A stretch of 64,000 bases of DNA from Paraspadella gotoi (taxonomy: Eukaryota; Animalia; Chaetognatha), in the NCBI GenBank assembly GCA_051294375.1, contig CM119265.1, positions 17,984,484 through 18,048,483 on the forward strand. The letters run 5' to 3'. The translations under genes were made by a program, and so were the position numbers. Positions 42,758-54,037 of the stretch are shown here, one piece after another (the stretch's first letter is position 1; each line of letters opens with the position of its first letter). Below the pieces are notes generated by a model. That model was given only the letters and a program-made list of their open reading frames with translations. It did not search any database and was not told where the DNA came from.

Positions 42758-43595
42758 TTAACGCCTGCCGCCCGCCCCGCCGTCGCCCGCCCCTCCTCCC
42801 CCCGCCCTCGTCTCTGTCACGGCGGCGCCGTCCTCTTCGGGTTCCGGCACCACCGCTTCGACCTTCGCCCAATGGTTGTGCTCGTACTTCTTCTTGCCCT
42901 CTTTGGGCAACTTCAACCGGCTTTGCGCGTGTGAGTAGAAGAGGGTGAAATTGTTAGAGATGATGGGAATGGTCAGCGCGAGAACCAAGACGCCGCACAG
43001 GGCGCAGAGCGTGCCGACCACGTAGCCCAGGGTAGTCGTGGGGTAGGTATCCCCGTAGCCGACCGTGGTCATGGTCACTATGGCCCACCAAAACCCGATG
43101 GGTATGTTATCGAAGTATTTTGTCTGCGACCGCTCCGCGAAGTATATCAGCGAGGCGAAGATCACCACGCCCAGCATCAGGAATATGGTAAGCATCAGCA
43201 GCTCCCGGAAGGAGGCCTTGACGGCGTAGAGCAGGATCTTGAGGGCGCTGTACTGCCGCATGAGTTTGAAGATGCGGAAGATGCGGATGATACGGAGCAG
43301 GAGGATCGTCTTGAGGATGTTCATCGTTCCGCTGCCCGAGAGTTCCGGGTCGATGGCCAGGATGACCAGTTTCAGGTAGAGGGGCACCAACGCCAGGGCG
43401 TCGATGATGTTGAGGGGCGATTGGAAGAACTTGAGCTTGGAGGGGGAGAAGACGAAACGGAGACCCAGCTCGAAGGTGAAGAAGGCCGTGCAGATGTAGT
43501 CCACGTAGATGATGAACTCCTTCGGCTCGCTGCAGTCGGAGTAGTCCGCGTCGCAGATCTTCCGCTGCACCTTGGTCTCGTTGGCGGTGAGGTTG
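42758..43595 (-). CDS. Shaw: Shaw/Kv3-family voltage-gated K+ channel, last coding exon (S1-S2 loop, S2-S6, pore, C-tail)
   Basis: Acceptor ccgcgcag|C at 43595 fits the phase-2 end of the preceding exon. Translation shows S4 (LRIIRIFRIFKLMR), S5 (ELLMLTIFLMLGVVIFASLIYFAE), pore NIPIGFWWAIVTMTTVGYGD and S6 (GVLVLALTIPIISNNF). As assembled it stops at TAA 42758-42760; the true end is probably 42487 (see findings). Confidence 0.96.
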
Positions 43596-44041
43596 CTGCG
43601 CGGTGGGGAGGTCGGGATTGGTGGGCGGGTGGGCGAGTGGGGACAAGTGATAGAGGTGGAAACAGAGTCGCGATCGAAAACTTAAGAGCTAAAACGGCTC
43701 AGTTAAACCGAACGATGATGCTAAAATTATTTGCGTGAAATTAAAGGGCCGGCATGCGAATTCGAAACGTTGAACCAACGGTAGCAATGAAGCATGGTAT
43801 TACTCTTACATACAAATTACTTTTCATTGGACATACGTAAAAGACTAATTTGTGGCGAATCCTAAATTCGCCTCCTGTATAGCTTGCTAAAACTCAGATC
43901 GTCCCATTGGCTTGGAGTTGGACAGCGAAGTACTCGTTCACCAACCGTTATTTGCGGGTTAAATCCCCTCACGGTCACGCTGAATAAAGTGTGATGGTGT
44001 CGGCATAAACACGCCATTGACATGGGATGGTCACTGCAGGT

Positions 44042-44653
44042 TAAGGCGTAGTGAAAGTTGCATACGAAAATTCTAAAAGTCAATTATGAACAACATACCA
44101 TCAGTGAACATTAATTTGTAAAAAAAATTAATTTTATGTTTTTTTATTTTCGCAGTAGGCTATATTTATATATAGTACTATCCTTATAAAATCGAAAAAT
44201 TTCAAAATAAGCTTTTCTTAATTTTGATTGCAGATTTGAATTCCTCGTCAAAAGTTGATAAAAGAAAATATAAATTATTTTTAAAAATTCTTTCATTAAG
44301 TGGGTTCAAAATTTAAAAAACTATATTTAATATATAAAAAGTTAATTTTCAGCTTAAAATATAGCTTTTTCTAATTTTTGACCCACTTAATAAAGGAATT
44401 TTTCAAAAAGAGTTATATTTCTATTTATCAACTTTTTATGACGAATCCAAATCTGCAAAAAAATCTTTAAAAAAACTGTTTTGAAATTTTAACATTTATT
44501 AGTTTAGTACTAGTATAAATATGGCCTACTGCGTAAATTGTAAAATTTATTCTAATTTTTTTTATTACATAAATGTTCATTAGTATAATGTTGTTCGTTC
44601 CTCACTTTTAGAATTTTAATTAAAGTTGAATTTAGGAATTTTACTACGCCTTA
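44042..44653. mobile_element. Non-autonomous foldback DNA transposon (MITE), probably hAT-like
   Basis: Terminal inverted repeats TAAGGCGTAGT...ACTACGCCTTA; perfect 8-bp direct repeat CTGCAGGT at 44034-44041 and 44654-44661; internal arms pair imperfectly throughout (cgcagtaggctatatttata / tataaatatggcctactgcg; ttaagtgggttcaaaatt / aatttttgacccacttaa). Confidence 0.88.
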
Positions 44654-44820
44654 CTGCAGGTCCAAAATCCTTGGCGCCAGCTGTCGGGAGATGCCTCACA
44701 CCCCAGGCATCACGCACGTTCCCCTGTTCCCATAGATTACTATTTTTTCTCTCCCTTTTCTCAATTCATTCCATCCACAATTTACCTATTTTTTTCACTT
44801 CCTCTTTATCCATCGCTCAC

Positions 44821-44921
44821 CTGTAGAGATCAGTTTTTTGCTCTCGGAAATACGGATGCGTCTCCATCACGAAGGAGGCGATTGAGATGAGAACAAAGAA
44901 AAACGAGGTGAAGGCAAATAC
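44821..44921 (-). CDS. Shaw: Shaw/Kv3 channel internal exon (S1 helix)
   Basis: ttgacag|GTA...TACAG|gtgagc; 101 nt, phase 0 to 2; encodes VFAFTSFFFVLISIASFVMETHPYFREQKTDLY, a typical Kv S1 plus ETHP motif. Not present in the ORF track. Confidence 0.93.
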
Positions 44922-45140
44922 CTGTCAATTAACAGAGTGAGTTGAGCTCTTTCTTGAGTATTCACTAGTTCTCTATTTAATCTTTCTTTTTGTATTTTGA
45001 CAAAAAGCATTGCCAAAGGTTGCTGATAATTAAGTGATTCAAATATCCTGAATTGTCATTAGTTAGCAAGTTTCTCACTATCATTAAAGTTTTAAGCCCA
45101 CCATAAAGTGAAACTCGCCAATTTCTCTTTTCGACCTTAC

Positions 45141-45301
45141 TTTTGCAGATTTGGAAGTGGATGGCTCTTCGAGGAATTTCCAGCAATCGGGTTGGTAGCG
45201 TTCCCAACAGGTCATTCGCCGCCGCATCTCAGCCAGTTCTTCGGGTGTAGGTTCCACGGGCGGGCCCCCTGTCGGACGAATCGGGGAAAGTTCGTTGTCA
45301 A
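45141..45301 (-). CDS. Shaw: Shaw/Kv3 channel internal exon (T1-S1 linker)
   Basis: ttatctcaag|TT...GCAAAA|gtaagg; 161 nt, phase 1 to 0; encodes ...TCWERYQPDCWKFLEEPSTSKSAK, matching the conserved W..(L/F)E.P.SS..A(K/R) pre-S1 motif. Confidence 0.92.
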
Positions 45302-46298
45302 CTTGAGATAAGGACACTTTCGATACGAAACGGGGGTTCGGAGTGCAATGGATGTCTGGGTTTGGGGGGTTTAGAGCCAGAGCCTCGTTTTCCCGAAATA
45401 ACTTCGATGCTCGGTGAAAAATATTTTGATCTTTTACGACAAAGTTTCAAATATCTTCGGAGATAGCGAAAGAAAAACGGACAAATGGACAGAAGTAGGA
45501 TTGACACTTGATGCAGAAATCGTTGTTCTTTGATCATTTCGTCATTCGTGTATTTAATGAAAGTCATTGGGTTATGGATTCATGCACTTATTAAAAAGTT
45601 GAATAAATCCCAAACGTCGAGGATAGGATTCTTTAAATTCGTTGGAAAGAATGTTTTGAAGCAGACCTGCATGCTTTCTTATTTTATTGATTAATTTTTT
45701 TTCTTTTGATAGATTAAAAAATAAACAAGCCGCATGACAAAGTCGATTATGATCTCGATTGCCTTTTGTTTCACGGTTTATCAGATGCAACTCAACCGCT
45801 CATCTTTTCAAAGTACGTCGGTTAATACAGTTGGTTGTTAACCATTGAAACTTCTCTCTTAAATTTTAAGAGTTACTTGAAAGAACAATTAAAATATAGA
45901 ATTAAATGAAAACGACAAAAGACGTCATCTTGATGCATAATAAGTATTACATGAAATAATCAATGGCTTACGTTCAAAATATTAAACCTTGGTACCTATG
46001 ATAGGAGCCACAATTTTTTGGAACATTACACTGAAAGCGCGTTCTCTCTCGCCTTTCTCACTTCGAGAAAAAGATTAGAGCGGAAAGTAGCAGGCTACGA
46101 AAGTGGGACACGAAAAGAAGGTAAGTACGTCAACCACCTGTTGATTTATTCCCAAGGATACCATTATTTCCGTATTCGTTCTTATTATCCCCTTCTCCCG
46201 TCCACTGCATCACATTAAAAATCGGGGCTAAAGAGTGATTTTCAAGGAAGGAAGATTAGTAACGTGATGGGGAGTGATATGAGTGAAATGTCTAATGA

Positions 46299-46394
<96 letters not shown>

Positions 46395-46610
46395 TAGTGA
46401 CAAATTCCTCTCCATTGGCAATTCAAGAGAAAGATTTTTACTACACCGCAGTCACTTTAATTACGTTTTCAGAGCTACCTCCTTTTGAAGATTAAAGCAA
46501 TTTAGATTATTAAAATAAAAATCCCATTACTACTTTCATCCTTAAACGCCCATCATCCCGACTTAATTTCATCCCTCGTCCATTTTCTCAGCCTCCACCT
46601 CCGCCCACAC

Positions 46611-46772
46611 CTTCGATGTCTTCGTCGAGCTCCGCGAGGGTCTTCTGAGCGTCTCTAAAGGCGGTGTAGGTGTTCCAGCAACAGGGCTCGATCATCTCTT
46701 CTTCGATGCCCCAAAAGTCCAGTTCTCTCTTGATCACCGACCCGCAGATGTCCAAGGGGGCGTGGAGCTCGC
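46611..46772 (-). CDS. Shaw: Shaw/Kv3 channel internal exon (C-terminal half of T1 domain)
   Basis: aaaaag|GC...GAAG|gtgtgg; 162 nt, phase 1 to 1; encodes ELHAPLDICGSVIKRELDFWGIEEEMIEPCCWNTYTAFRDAQKTL. It carries the HX5CX20CC Zn motif of non-Shaker T1 domains and a Shaw-like EPCCW.TY...RDA signature. Not present in the ORF track. Confidence 0.93.
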
Positions 46773-47045
46773 CTTTTTTGGGGTGAGGGGACAGGGAGGG
46801 GGTAGAATTGAGCGGGAGGGATATTCATTGGTGGAATCGGGATGGAAGAGGCCGAGTTGAAGAAAATAAAAATGCACTGGTCAATAAAGAAAAATGGAAA
46901 AGAAAAGAGAAATGAAAAAAATGACTTAAAAAAAATAAACTAATAAAAGTGTAAAAAAGCAGACAAACGAAGACCCCCCCCCAAAGAAACATAAACCAAA
47001 AAGGCAAACCCCCCCCCCCAAAAAAAAAAATAATAATTCGGTCAC

Positions 47046-47223
47046 CGGTTCGATAAAAGGCCATGACCATGGAGAAGACCCCCGGATGTCGGTCGTAGAA
47101 GAAAGAATGCACGTTCCGGTCCTCGGCCGCTTTGGCCAAGCGCGTCCCCGGAAGGGACAGCAGCGTCGCCCGGAACGTTTGATGCGCCGTGCCGCCGACG
47201 TTGACCACCACCTTGTCCGCATC
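47046..47223 (-). CDS. Shaw: Shaw/Kv3 channel internal exon (N-terminal half of T1/BTB domain)
   Basis: catcctacag|GAT...ACCG|gtgacc; 178 nt, phase 0 to 1; encodes DADKVVVNVGGTAHQTFRATLLSLPGTRLA...FFYDRHPGVFSMVMAFYRTG, with the canonical T1 motifs NVGG, PGTRL, DRHP and YRTG. Confidence 0.94.
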
Positions 47224-47643
47224 CTGTAGGATGGATGGAGATCATGTTTTATTGTAAAATCGGCGGACAGAATATATTCAACACTCAACGAATTGACGAT
47301 TCAGCGAAATTAATTTGAATTTTTCAAAGGTTTTGGTTTTCAAAGGTTATCTGCTGAAAAAGGGAACGAAAAATTAAAGTCTGAATTTAAACCAACATTT
47401 AATCTAATACATTATAACGTTCGCAATCTAATTACGTAATTTTTATAAAATATTTAATCCCGTTTGAAATTTGTGAAAAGAGTAAAAAAACAAACAAACA
47501 AACTGTAGAAAATAGAGGATAAGGCATAACATTCAACACAAACGAAAAAAACAACAAATGCGTGTACATTTGCAGCGCTCCAATGTGATTTGCATCGTTT
47601 TTTCAAAATCGGGCCAATTGGCCGAAACAAAAGAGAATCTCAC

Positions 47644-47782
47644 ATGCAAGGGTGCCTCCGGTTCTAGGTTTCCGGCTGGGAAGACCTTCCTTGATGAGAC
47701 AGACGGCTTCTTCGGATTGTTCGGGTCCGCGCTGCCTTGTTTCGTTTTCAACTGGGAATACGGGGCTGGATGGAGATATGGG
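47644..47782 (-). CDS. Shaw: Probable N-terminal exon of the Shaw channel (5' part hidden in N-gap)
   Basis: An open frame PYLHPAPYSQLKTKQGSADPNNPKKPSVSSRKVFPAGNLEPEAPLH ends at CAT|gtgaga (phase 0), matching the phase-0 acceptor at 47223. It is GC-richer than its flanks. The 5' end lies in gap 47783-48024; a possible ATG is at 48039. Confidence 0.65.
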
Positions 47783-49589
47783 NNNNNNNNNNNNNNNNNN
47801 NNNNNNNNNNNNNNNNNNNNNNNNNNNNNNNNNNNNNNNNNNNNNNNNNNNNNNNNNNNNNNNNNNNNNNNNNNNNNNNNNNNNNNNNNNNNNNNNNNNN
47901 NNNNNNNNNNNNNNNNNNNNNNNNNNNNNNNNNNNNNNNNNNNNNNNNNNNNNNNNNNNNNNNNNNNNNNNNNNNNNNNNNNNNNNNNNNNNNNNNNNNN
48001 NNNNNNNNNNNNNNNNNNNNNNNNGGGGGGGGGAACCATGAATCGAGACGGAATGTATATCGTATTGAAACTAATCGGACGAACGCTCTCGTAAGTTTAT
48101 AAGGTAAAAAAAATACCGTGTAATAATCTAGAAAGCTTTGAATATATGATTAAATTACATTTGAATCCGTTTATATATTTGTATTTTTTTTTTCTTTCAA
48201 TGACAATATGACGCCATAGAACTTACCTACTTTATTCGTATGTTTTTTAGACCTTTTGCGTCTGACGGGGGGAACATAAATTGGGTGGGAAATCATGGTA
48301 CGAAATTTTGCGATGTATAAATTTAAAACACAAACAAAAAAAAAGAAAATGCTTAAAAAATTTTGATATTTCGTAATTTCTAATAGTTTTAAGCGAAAGT
48401 TTCGGCAGCGAGCGCCAATTGATTTAGCTGTCAATAACCAACAAAAATAATAGAAGGTTCCCGAAAAGAAAATAAACACTGTGAAGGAGAAAACAAAAGA
48501 ACCTGGTTGATTTTGTGGAAGAAAAGGGAGCTACAAGTGTTTACGTTTGTGACTACGCTTTTAGTCACGGTCGTTCTCGCCACTCAATCTTGAAAATTAT
48601 ATTTTATGTCGGATGGTATTATAATTTATAAAATATTTAAGTTAAGAGTCGTTCTTTAATCATACCTTTTTTATATAAATACAAATTTAGTTAAAAAACA
48701 AATTAGCAACTTAGCAATTTAAGCAAAGATAGTATCGAAATAAAAAATAAAAATGATACAAAAATTTAGAATACAAACGAATACTATATTATAAATAATT
48801 ATAAAAATATTAAAATATGTACTAATCTTTTAAAAAATTTGATGAAAGATACTTTTAGCCGTGATAAACTAAGAACCGCCTCTTTTGTTTTCGCTATTAT
48901 AAAAAAAAAAATGTTTGCAATTTTACTTGTTTACCAGTCCTCTTATAAACTCTAACAATATCATAATCATTTCAAACATACTGTTTAAACTACAAACGAT
49001 AAAGGAAACAACGTTTCATGGGAATATTGAAAGAATTGAAAACGATGCTCAAGCGGCCGAAATGAGTTCGGCTAATTTTCAACTTAAAAGGAAGGAATTC
49101 AAACCAGAGGCTTTGCTCCCAATAGAAAAATAAAAGAAGAAAAAAAAAAAGACTAAAAATCGATAGAATTTGGCCAAAACGGGGAATTTGTACCAAAAGC
49201 TTTTAGGCTTAAAGGCTTTTAGGCTTTTATTGCCCGTAGAAATTTAATCATTTCTATCGCGTGTTTAATTATACCCATGGTGTTTTTTCGACGATTATTT
49301 TGAGATATTTTTATTCGTTTTATTCATGATTTTAAAGAAAGAGTTAAAAGGGCGTAGGCGTCGCTGCCCTCCACCGTTAAAGAGAATTGCATGTGATTCT
49401 ACGAGTAGATTCAACATTTAATTATAATTGTAGAATTATAAGACGACTTTTTTCAACATCATCGCCTTCAAAATTGCCAAATTGCCAAATCCTCGGGCTT
49501 GGTAATGGTAATGGTAATGGTAATGGTATGGGTATCTCTCTCTCGCTCTCTCTTTTTTGTACTTAGACCGCCTCTACAGCTCGTTTTAC

Positions 49590-49647
49590 CAGGAACGGGC
49601 ATGACGATTCCGAAAGGATTGCCCGGTCTCCTGGTTCCGTGCATCAT
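49590..49647 (-). CDS. Possible first coding exon of the Shaw channel (MMHGTRRPGNPFGIVMPVP)
   Basis: aacATGATG start inside a CpG-rich island (about 49600-49950) and a CCTG|gtaaaa donor. Linkage to the next exon cannot be checked because of the gap. Confidence 0.3.
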
Positions 49648-51344
49648 GTTGGACAGGGCGGCGGGAATGATAAAAACGATGACGGCTACGTCGCTTACGG
49701 TCACGACGACGACGATGAAGAGAACGAGGACGTCCCGGCCCAAACTCCGCCGGCGATGACGGTGACGTCGACGCGTCGTCCGCAAACGGCGCGACGCGTC
49801 ACCACCCATGGAGACGGCGACGTTTCGGCGCCGTCCTCATGGCGCCATTTCGAGACGGCGTCGAGAATATCGGCGACGCCCGAGACCGGTGGAAGACGAG
49901 GGTGCATCGGAAGAGTGGGCTGTTACGAGGGTGGGCTGTTACTGCTGACTGCGGGGTGGTAGAGAGTGGATTGGTAGGGTGCGAGGTAGTAGCCGTCAGT
50001 GAAAAAAAGGACTGTTTTCGGAAACAGTTGACTCGCGCCTTTTTTATTGAGTTAATTCGATTTCCACGACGTCAGTCAGGCGCGTGGTTGCATCCGTTGG
50101 GTTGCGTTTGCGTGCGTTTAAAATTGTTTTCTTCTTTTTTCGTTTTCGTGAAATAGTTTGTTTTTGGCTGCATTTTTAATTTCTTTACAGGCGTTATAAG
50201 CTAAGTTATATGACGAAAGCTTAGTGTGTTAACCTTTTTACGTGTGCGTTTCTTTTTTAATCTACGTTCGAAATTAGCAAATATAGTCGATTTTTGAATA
50301 AGAAAGATGTGGTTTGTACCATTTGATTTTTTTTTTTTTTTCATGAGAAATTTGCAAGAGCAACGCAGCATTTCCATGAGAAGAATAATAACGGAGGATG
50401 GAAGATGGCGACGTCGGGAATGACGATGCGTTCTCGGCTGAAAGAACCAAGCAACAGAAAATGCTTCTTTTTTTTACAAAACTTGTACAGTTTTGCCTCC
50501 GTGAACAATATGCGTTGATTCAGCCTACGTAAATAAAAGCTGACGACTGGGGACCGTGTTTTAATCGGAACTGAAATACTAAATACGACATTTGAATTAG
50601 GAAGAAATAATAGTCAGAAAGAGTCATAAAATGAGAAGAGATGAAAGCTTAAATGATTATTATTTCACAAAAAAATCTTTCTTCTGGCGAAATTCAGACG
50701 GACTTAAAGAGGGTCAAAAACCCATCAAACAAACGGAGAGAGAATCAGACAAACAATATTTCACGGGTCTTTGCATCCGAATTGAATTGTGTTTGTTTGC
50801 TTGGTTGCGGTGAAGTTGTTTTTGTAGATAGACGGCGCTGGTCAAAGTGGACGTTTACAGTGGGACGAATTTGTGTTGTATCGTGAGAGAGAGAGAGAGA
50901 GTAGAGAGAAGAGGGAAGAGAGGAGAGAGAGAAGAGAGAAGAGAGGAGAGAGAGCAGCCTGTGTGATAGAAGAGAGAGGATGGTGAGACCAGAGTTGGGA
51001 CAGGAAGACTGCCAGACGACGAGGACCAAGGAGGATGAAAAGGAGGAAAAGGAAGAGGAAGAGCGGAGGATGAAGGAAAATAAGGAAAGAGAGAAAGGAA
51101 AAGAAAACAAAGGAAAAGAAAGGTTTGCAGAATTAATGACAGCACGGATGAGGAAAGGAGAAAAGAAAAGAAACAATTTTTTTATTTTAAGTTTATTTTT
51201 GAAAGGTGTGAATTATCAGCCGACACATTCAGGTTACAGATAGGGACAAAGTCATTTAAGCTCGTTATTTGTCAGTCCATAACCTTTTGCAGCCTCCGTT
51301 GTACAAAAGTGCGTCTTCCGTCTCTCTCTCTCTTCTCTCTCTCT

Positions 51345-51381
<37 letters not shown>

Positions 51382-51548
51382 CTTCTCTCTCTCTTCTCTC
51401 TCTCTCTTCTCTCTCTTGCTCTCTCTTCCGTATTTTCGCGACTCGTTTGCTCCTCCCCCTCTTGGAATGCCCTTGCGTCGCAAGGCCTCCAATCTCTCTT
51501 CAACGTCGCGAAGAAGCGAGTCTGACGACCTCCGACGTTGACCTCGGA

Positions 51549-52970
51549 CAATTTCAACGCTTTCATCGCGATTCAGGCCGATCTGCTCCCGAAGGGTCAC
51601 TCAATTACGGGTATTTCCGGATTTTTTTTCCCGGAGTAGGAGCGAGGTAGTTTGCAAAACTATTTAACTATTTAACCGATTATTTCTTGTTCCGCGCGCG
51701 AGGGCCTATTTTAAAATGAATAACGGTTTCGACAGAACAGTCGGAGTTTTCTGAAATTGGTACAACCAGCATAAAAATTATCTATTCATTTAATAAATAA
51801 GCTATCTTGCCCCTGACTTTGGACAGGCTTTGGTGGTTTAAGGCCTCCATCACTCTTACAAGATAATGAAAAGCTTTCAATCAAAACTCTCTCACAGTCT
51901 TACTTATTCACTCCCAAAGTACCTGGCTTCCATATCAATGAAGTGGCATAATATTTCAAAGAATGTTTCAATTGTATGAAAAGACCACTCCCTCAAGTAG
52001 TAGATTGGGGAATACTATATTGTACTCCGCACTAGCAACAAAATACAATACAATTTTATTTTTCGGCATTTGAATTTANNNNNNNNNNNNNNNNNNNNNN
52101 NNNNNNNNNNNNNNNNNNNNNNNNNNNNNNNNNNNNNNNNNNNNNNNNNNNNNNNNNNNNNNNNNNNNCCTCGGAGAGCAGATGTCACATAATTGCAAAT
52201 TTTTTCTTTTTCAATTGAGACCGAAATTCGAATTGAGTATATATTTATCACAGTCCAGTTTATAAATACATCATATAAATATTATTATATATAATCTCTC
52301 TTCTTTTATATATATATATATATATATGCGTTTTATTTCGAATTCAGTTGATTCAGTACAGTCAATAACATCAAGCAATACTAGGTCTAAAAAATACTAT
52401 ATATCGATATATNNNNNNNNNNNNNNNNNNNNNNNNNCAATTCAAGCGCTTTCATCGCGATTCAGGCCGATCAGCTCCCGAAGGGTCACTCAATTACGGG
52501 TATTTCCGGATTTTTTTTCCCGGGAAAGAAGCAATAGATAAATTAAATCCGGTTATTTCTTGTTCCGCGCACGAGGGTCTATTTTAAAATGAATAACGGT
52601 TTCGACAGAACAGTCGGAGTTTTCTGAAATTGGTACAACCAACATAAAAATTATCCATTCATTTAATAAATAAGCTATCTTGCCCTACTGACCCTCTCTA
52701 CAGTCTTACTTATTCACTCCCAAAGTACCTGGCTTCCATATCAATGAAGTGGCATAATATTTCAAAGAATGTTTCAATTGTATGAAAAGACCACTCCCTC
52801 AAGTAGTAGTTGGGGAATACTATATTGTACTCCGCACTAGCACAAAATACAATACAATTTTTATTTTTCGGCATTTGAATTTACCCTCAAGAGCAGGTCA
52901 ATAATTCACAATTTTTTTCTTTTTCAAGTGAGAACGAAATCGTAGTATTATTTACAGTCAGTATATAATA

Positions 52971-53003
<33 letters not shown>

Positions 53004-53087
53004 GCGTTTTATTTCGAATTCAGTTGATTCAGTACAGTCAATAACATCAAGCAATACTAGGTCTAAAAAATACTATATATCGATATA
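51549..53087 (+). repeat. Direct duplication (51549-52412 and 52438-53087) either side of a 25-N gap
   Basis: Both copies start caatt(t)caa(g)cgctttcatcgcgattcagg and end aaatactatatatcgatata; they give the identical ORF starts at 52326 and 53002. Confidence 0.88.
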
Positions 53088-53988
53088 TGATCATCTTAAC
53101 CAAGAACATTTTCTACCTGAGCCCCAGACCGCTCTGCAGACCATCCCGGCTCCAACTCCGAATCCCAACTTCCTCGTCCACGTCCCATTTTTTTCCCGGA
53201 AAAGACAAGAGAGTGGTCTGGAGGATTTAATGGACGGGCCGTCCTTCTCAAGAATGTCGCACGTTCCTTCGGAGACGAGAACGTGCTCTTTTTTTTTTTT
53301 TGACGGTCCATAACAAAGTGAGAGAATGTAACTGCTTTTCGTTATTGATGAAAGAATCCTTAACTCTGATCTTTTCTGCGGTGCAGAGACTAAATTAATT
53401 AATTAATTAATTTAATTATCTCTTGCTCGAAAAGTAAGATACCTTTGGCAATTCTAGGTTCAAAAGTTTTCGCGGAATACGTACAAAGAAATTAGTTTAT
53501 TCTTTATTTTCACGATTGGTAAAAATATGAAGAATGAACTATCTATATATAGCGAATTTGAGTTGAATTAACTTTGAAGCCGAGATCGAAAAAAAACCCT
53601 CACCCGCCGAGGAACCTCTACGGACCTCGACTCACCCTCTTATCTCTTCTCTCTATCTTTCAAGTGTCAAAGGATTTAACATCTCGCCCTCTAAAAAACC
53701 CCGCCCCACTTTTCGGGAATCCCCCTCCGTACCGACGAGACAAACGGTCTTCTCTTTTTACCCCAGATGTTAATCTTAAATGCATTCTCGTGATGTCGTT
53801 TTAATTAACTCCCAAAATACTAACCCCAGGCCTGAAGCGTCTTTCTCTGAACCCCTATCTCACTTGACCTCTTTCCCTTTGACCTCAGAGCTCAAAACCG
53901 ACCCAGACTTCTCTCTCGTCTTCGGCCTGACCCTTAAACAACTTCTTTTCGTCCCGAGAGTCCCCATCATCTTCCATTTCCTGCAAGG

Positions 53989-54037
<49 letters not shown>

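Noticed and set aside
42765-42820. A 56-nt GT-AG micro-intron as a fix for the channel C-terminal frameshift
   Set aside because: It has no pyrimidine tract, and removing it leads to the Arg-rich third frame rather than the ESAI frame.
42501-43738. Overlapping ORFs 42501-42872, 42505-42948, 42557-42934, 43107-43646 and 43421-43738
   Set aside because: Shadow frames of the GC3-rich channel exon.
46825-47045. Hydrophobic C-terminal half of ORF 46825-47211 as transmembrane segments
   Set aside because: It is T-rich intron read-through after the donor at 47045; the T1 domain resumes at 46772.
49983-49992. GAGGTAGTAG resembling let-7
   Set aside because: Only 10 nt match, the rest diverges, and no precursor hairpin is evident.
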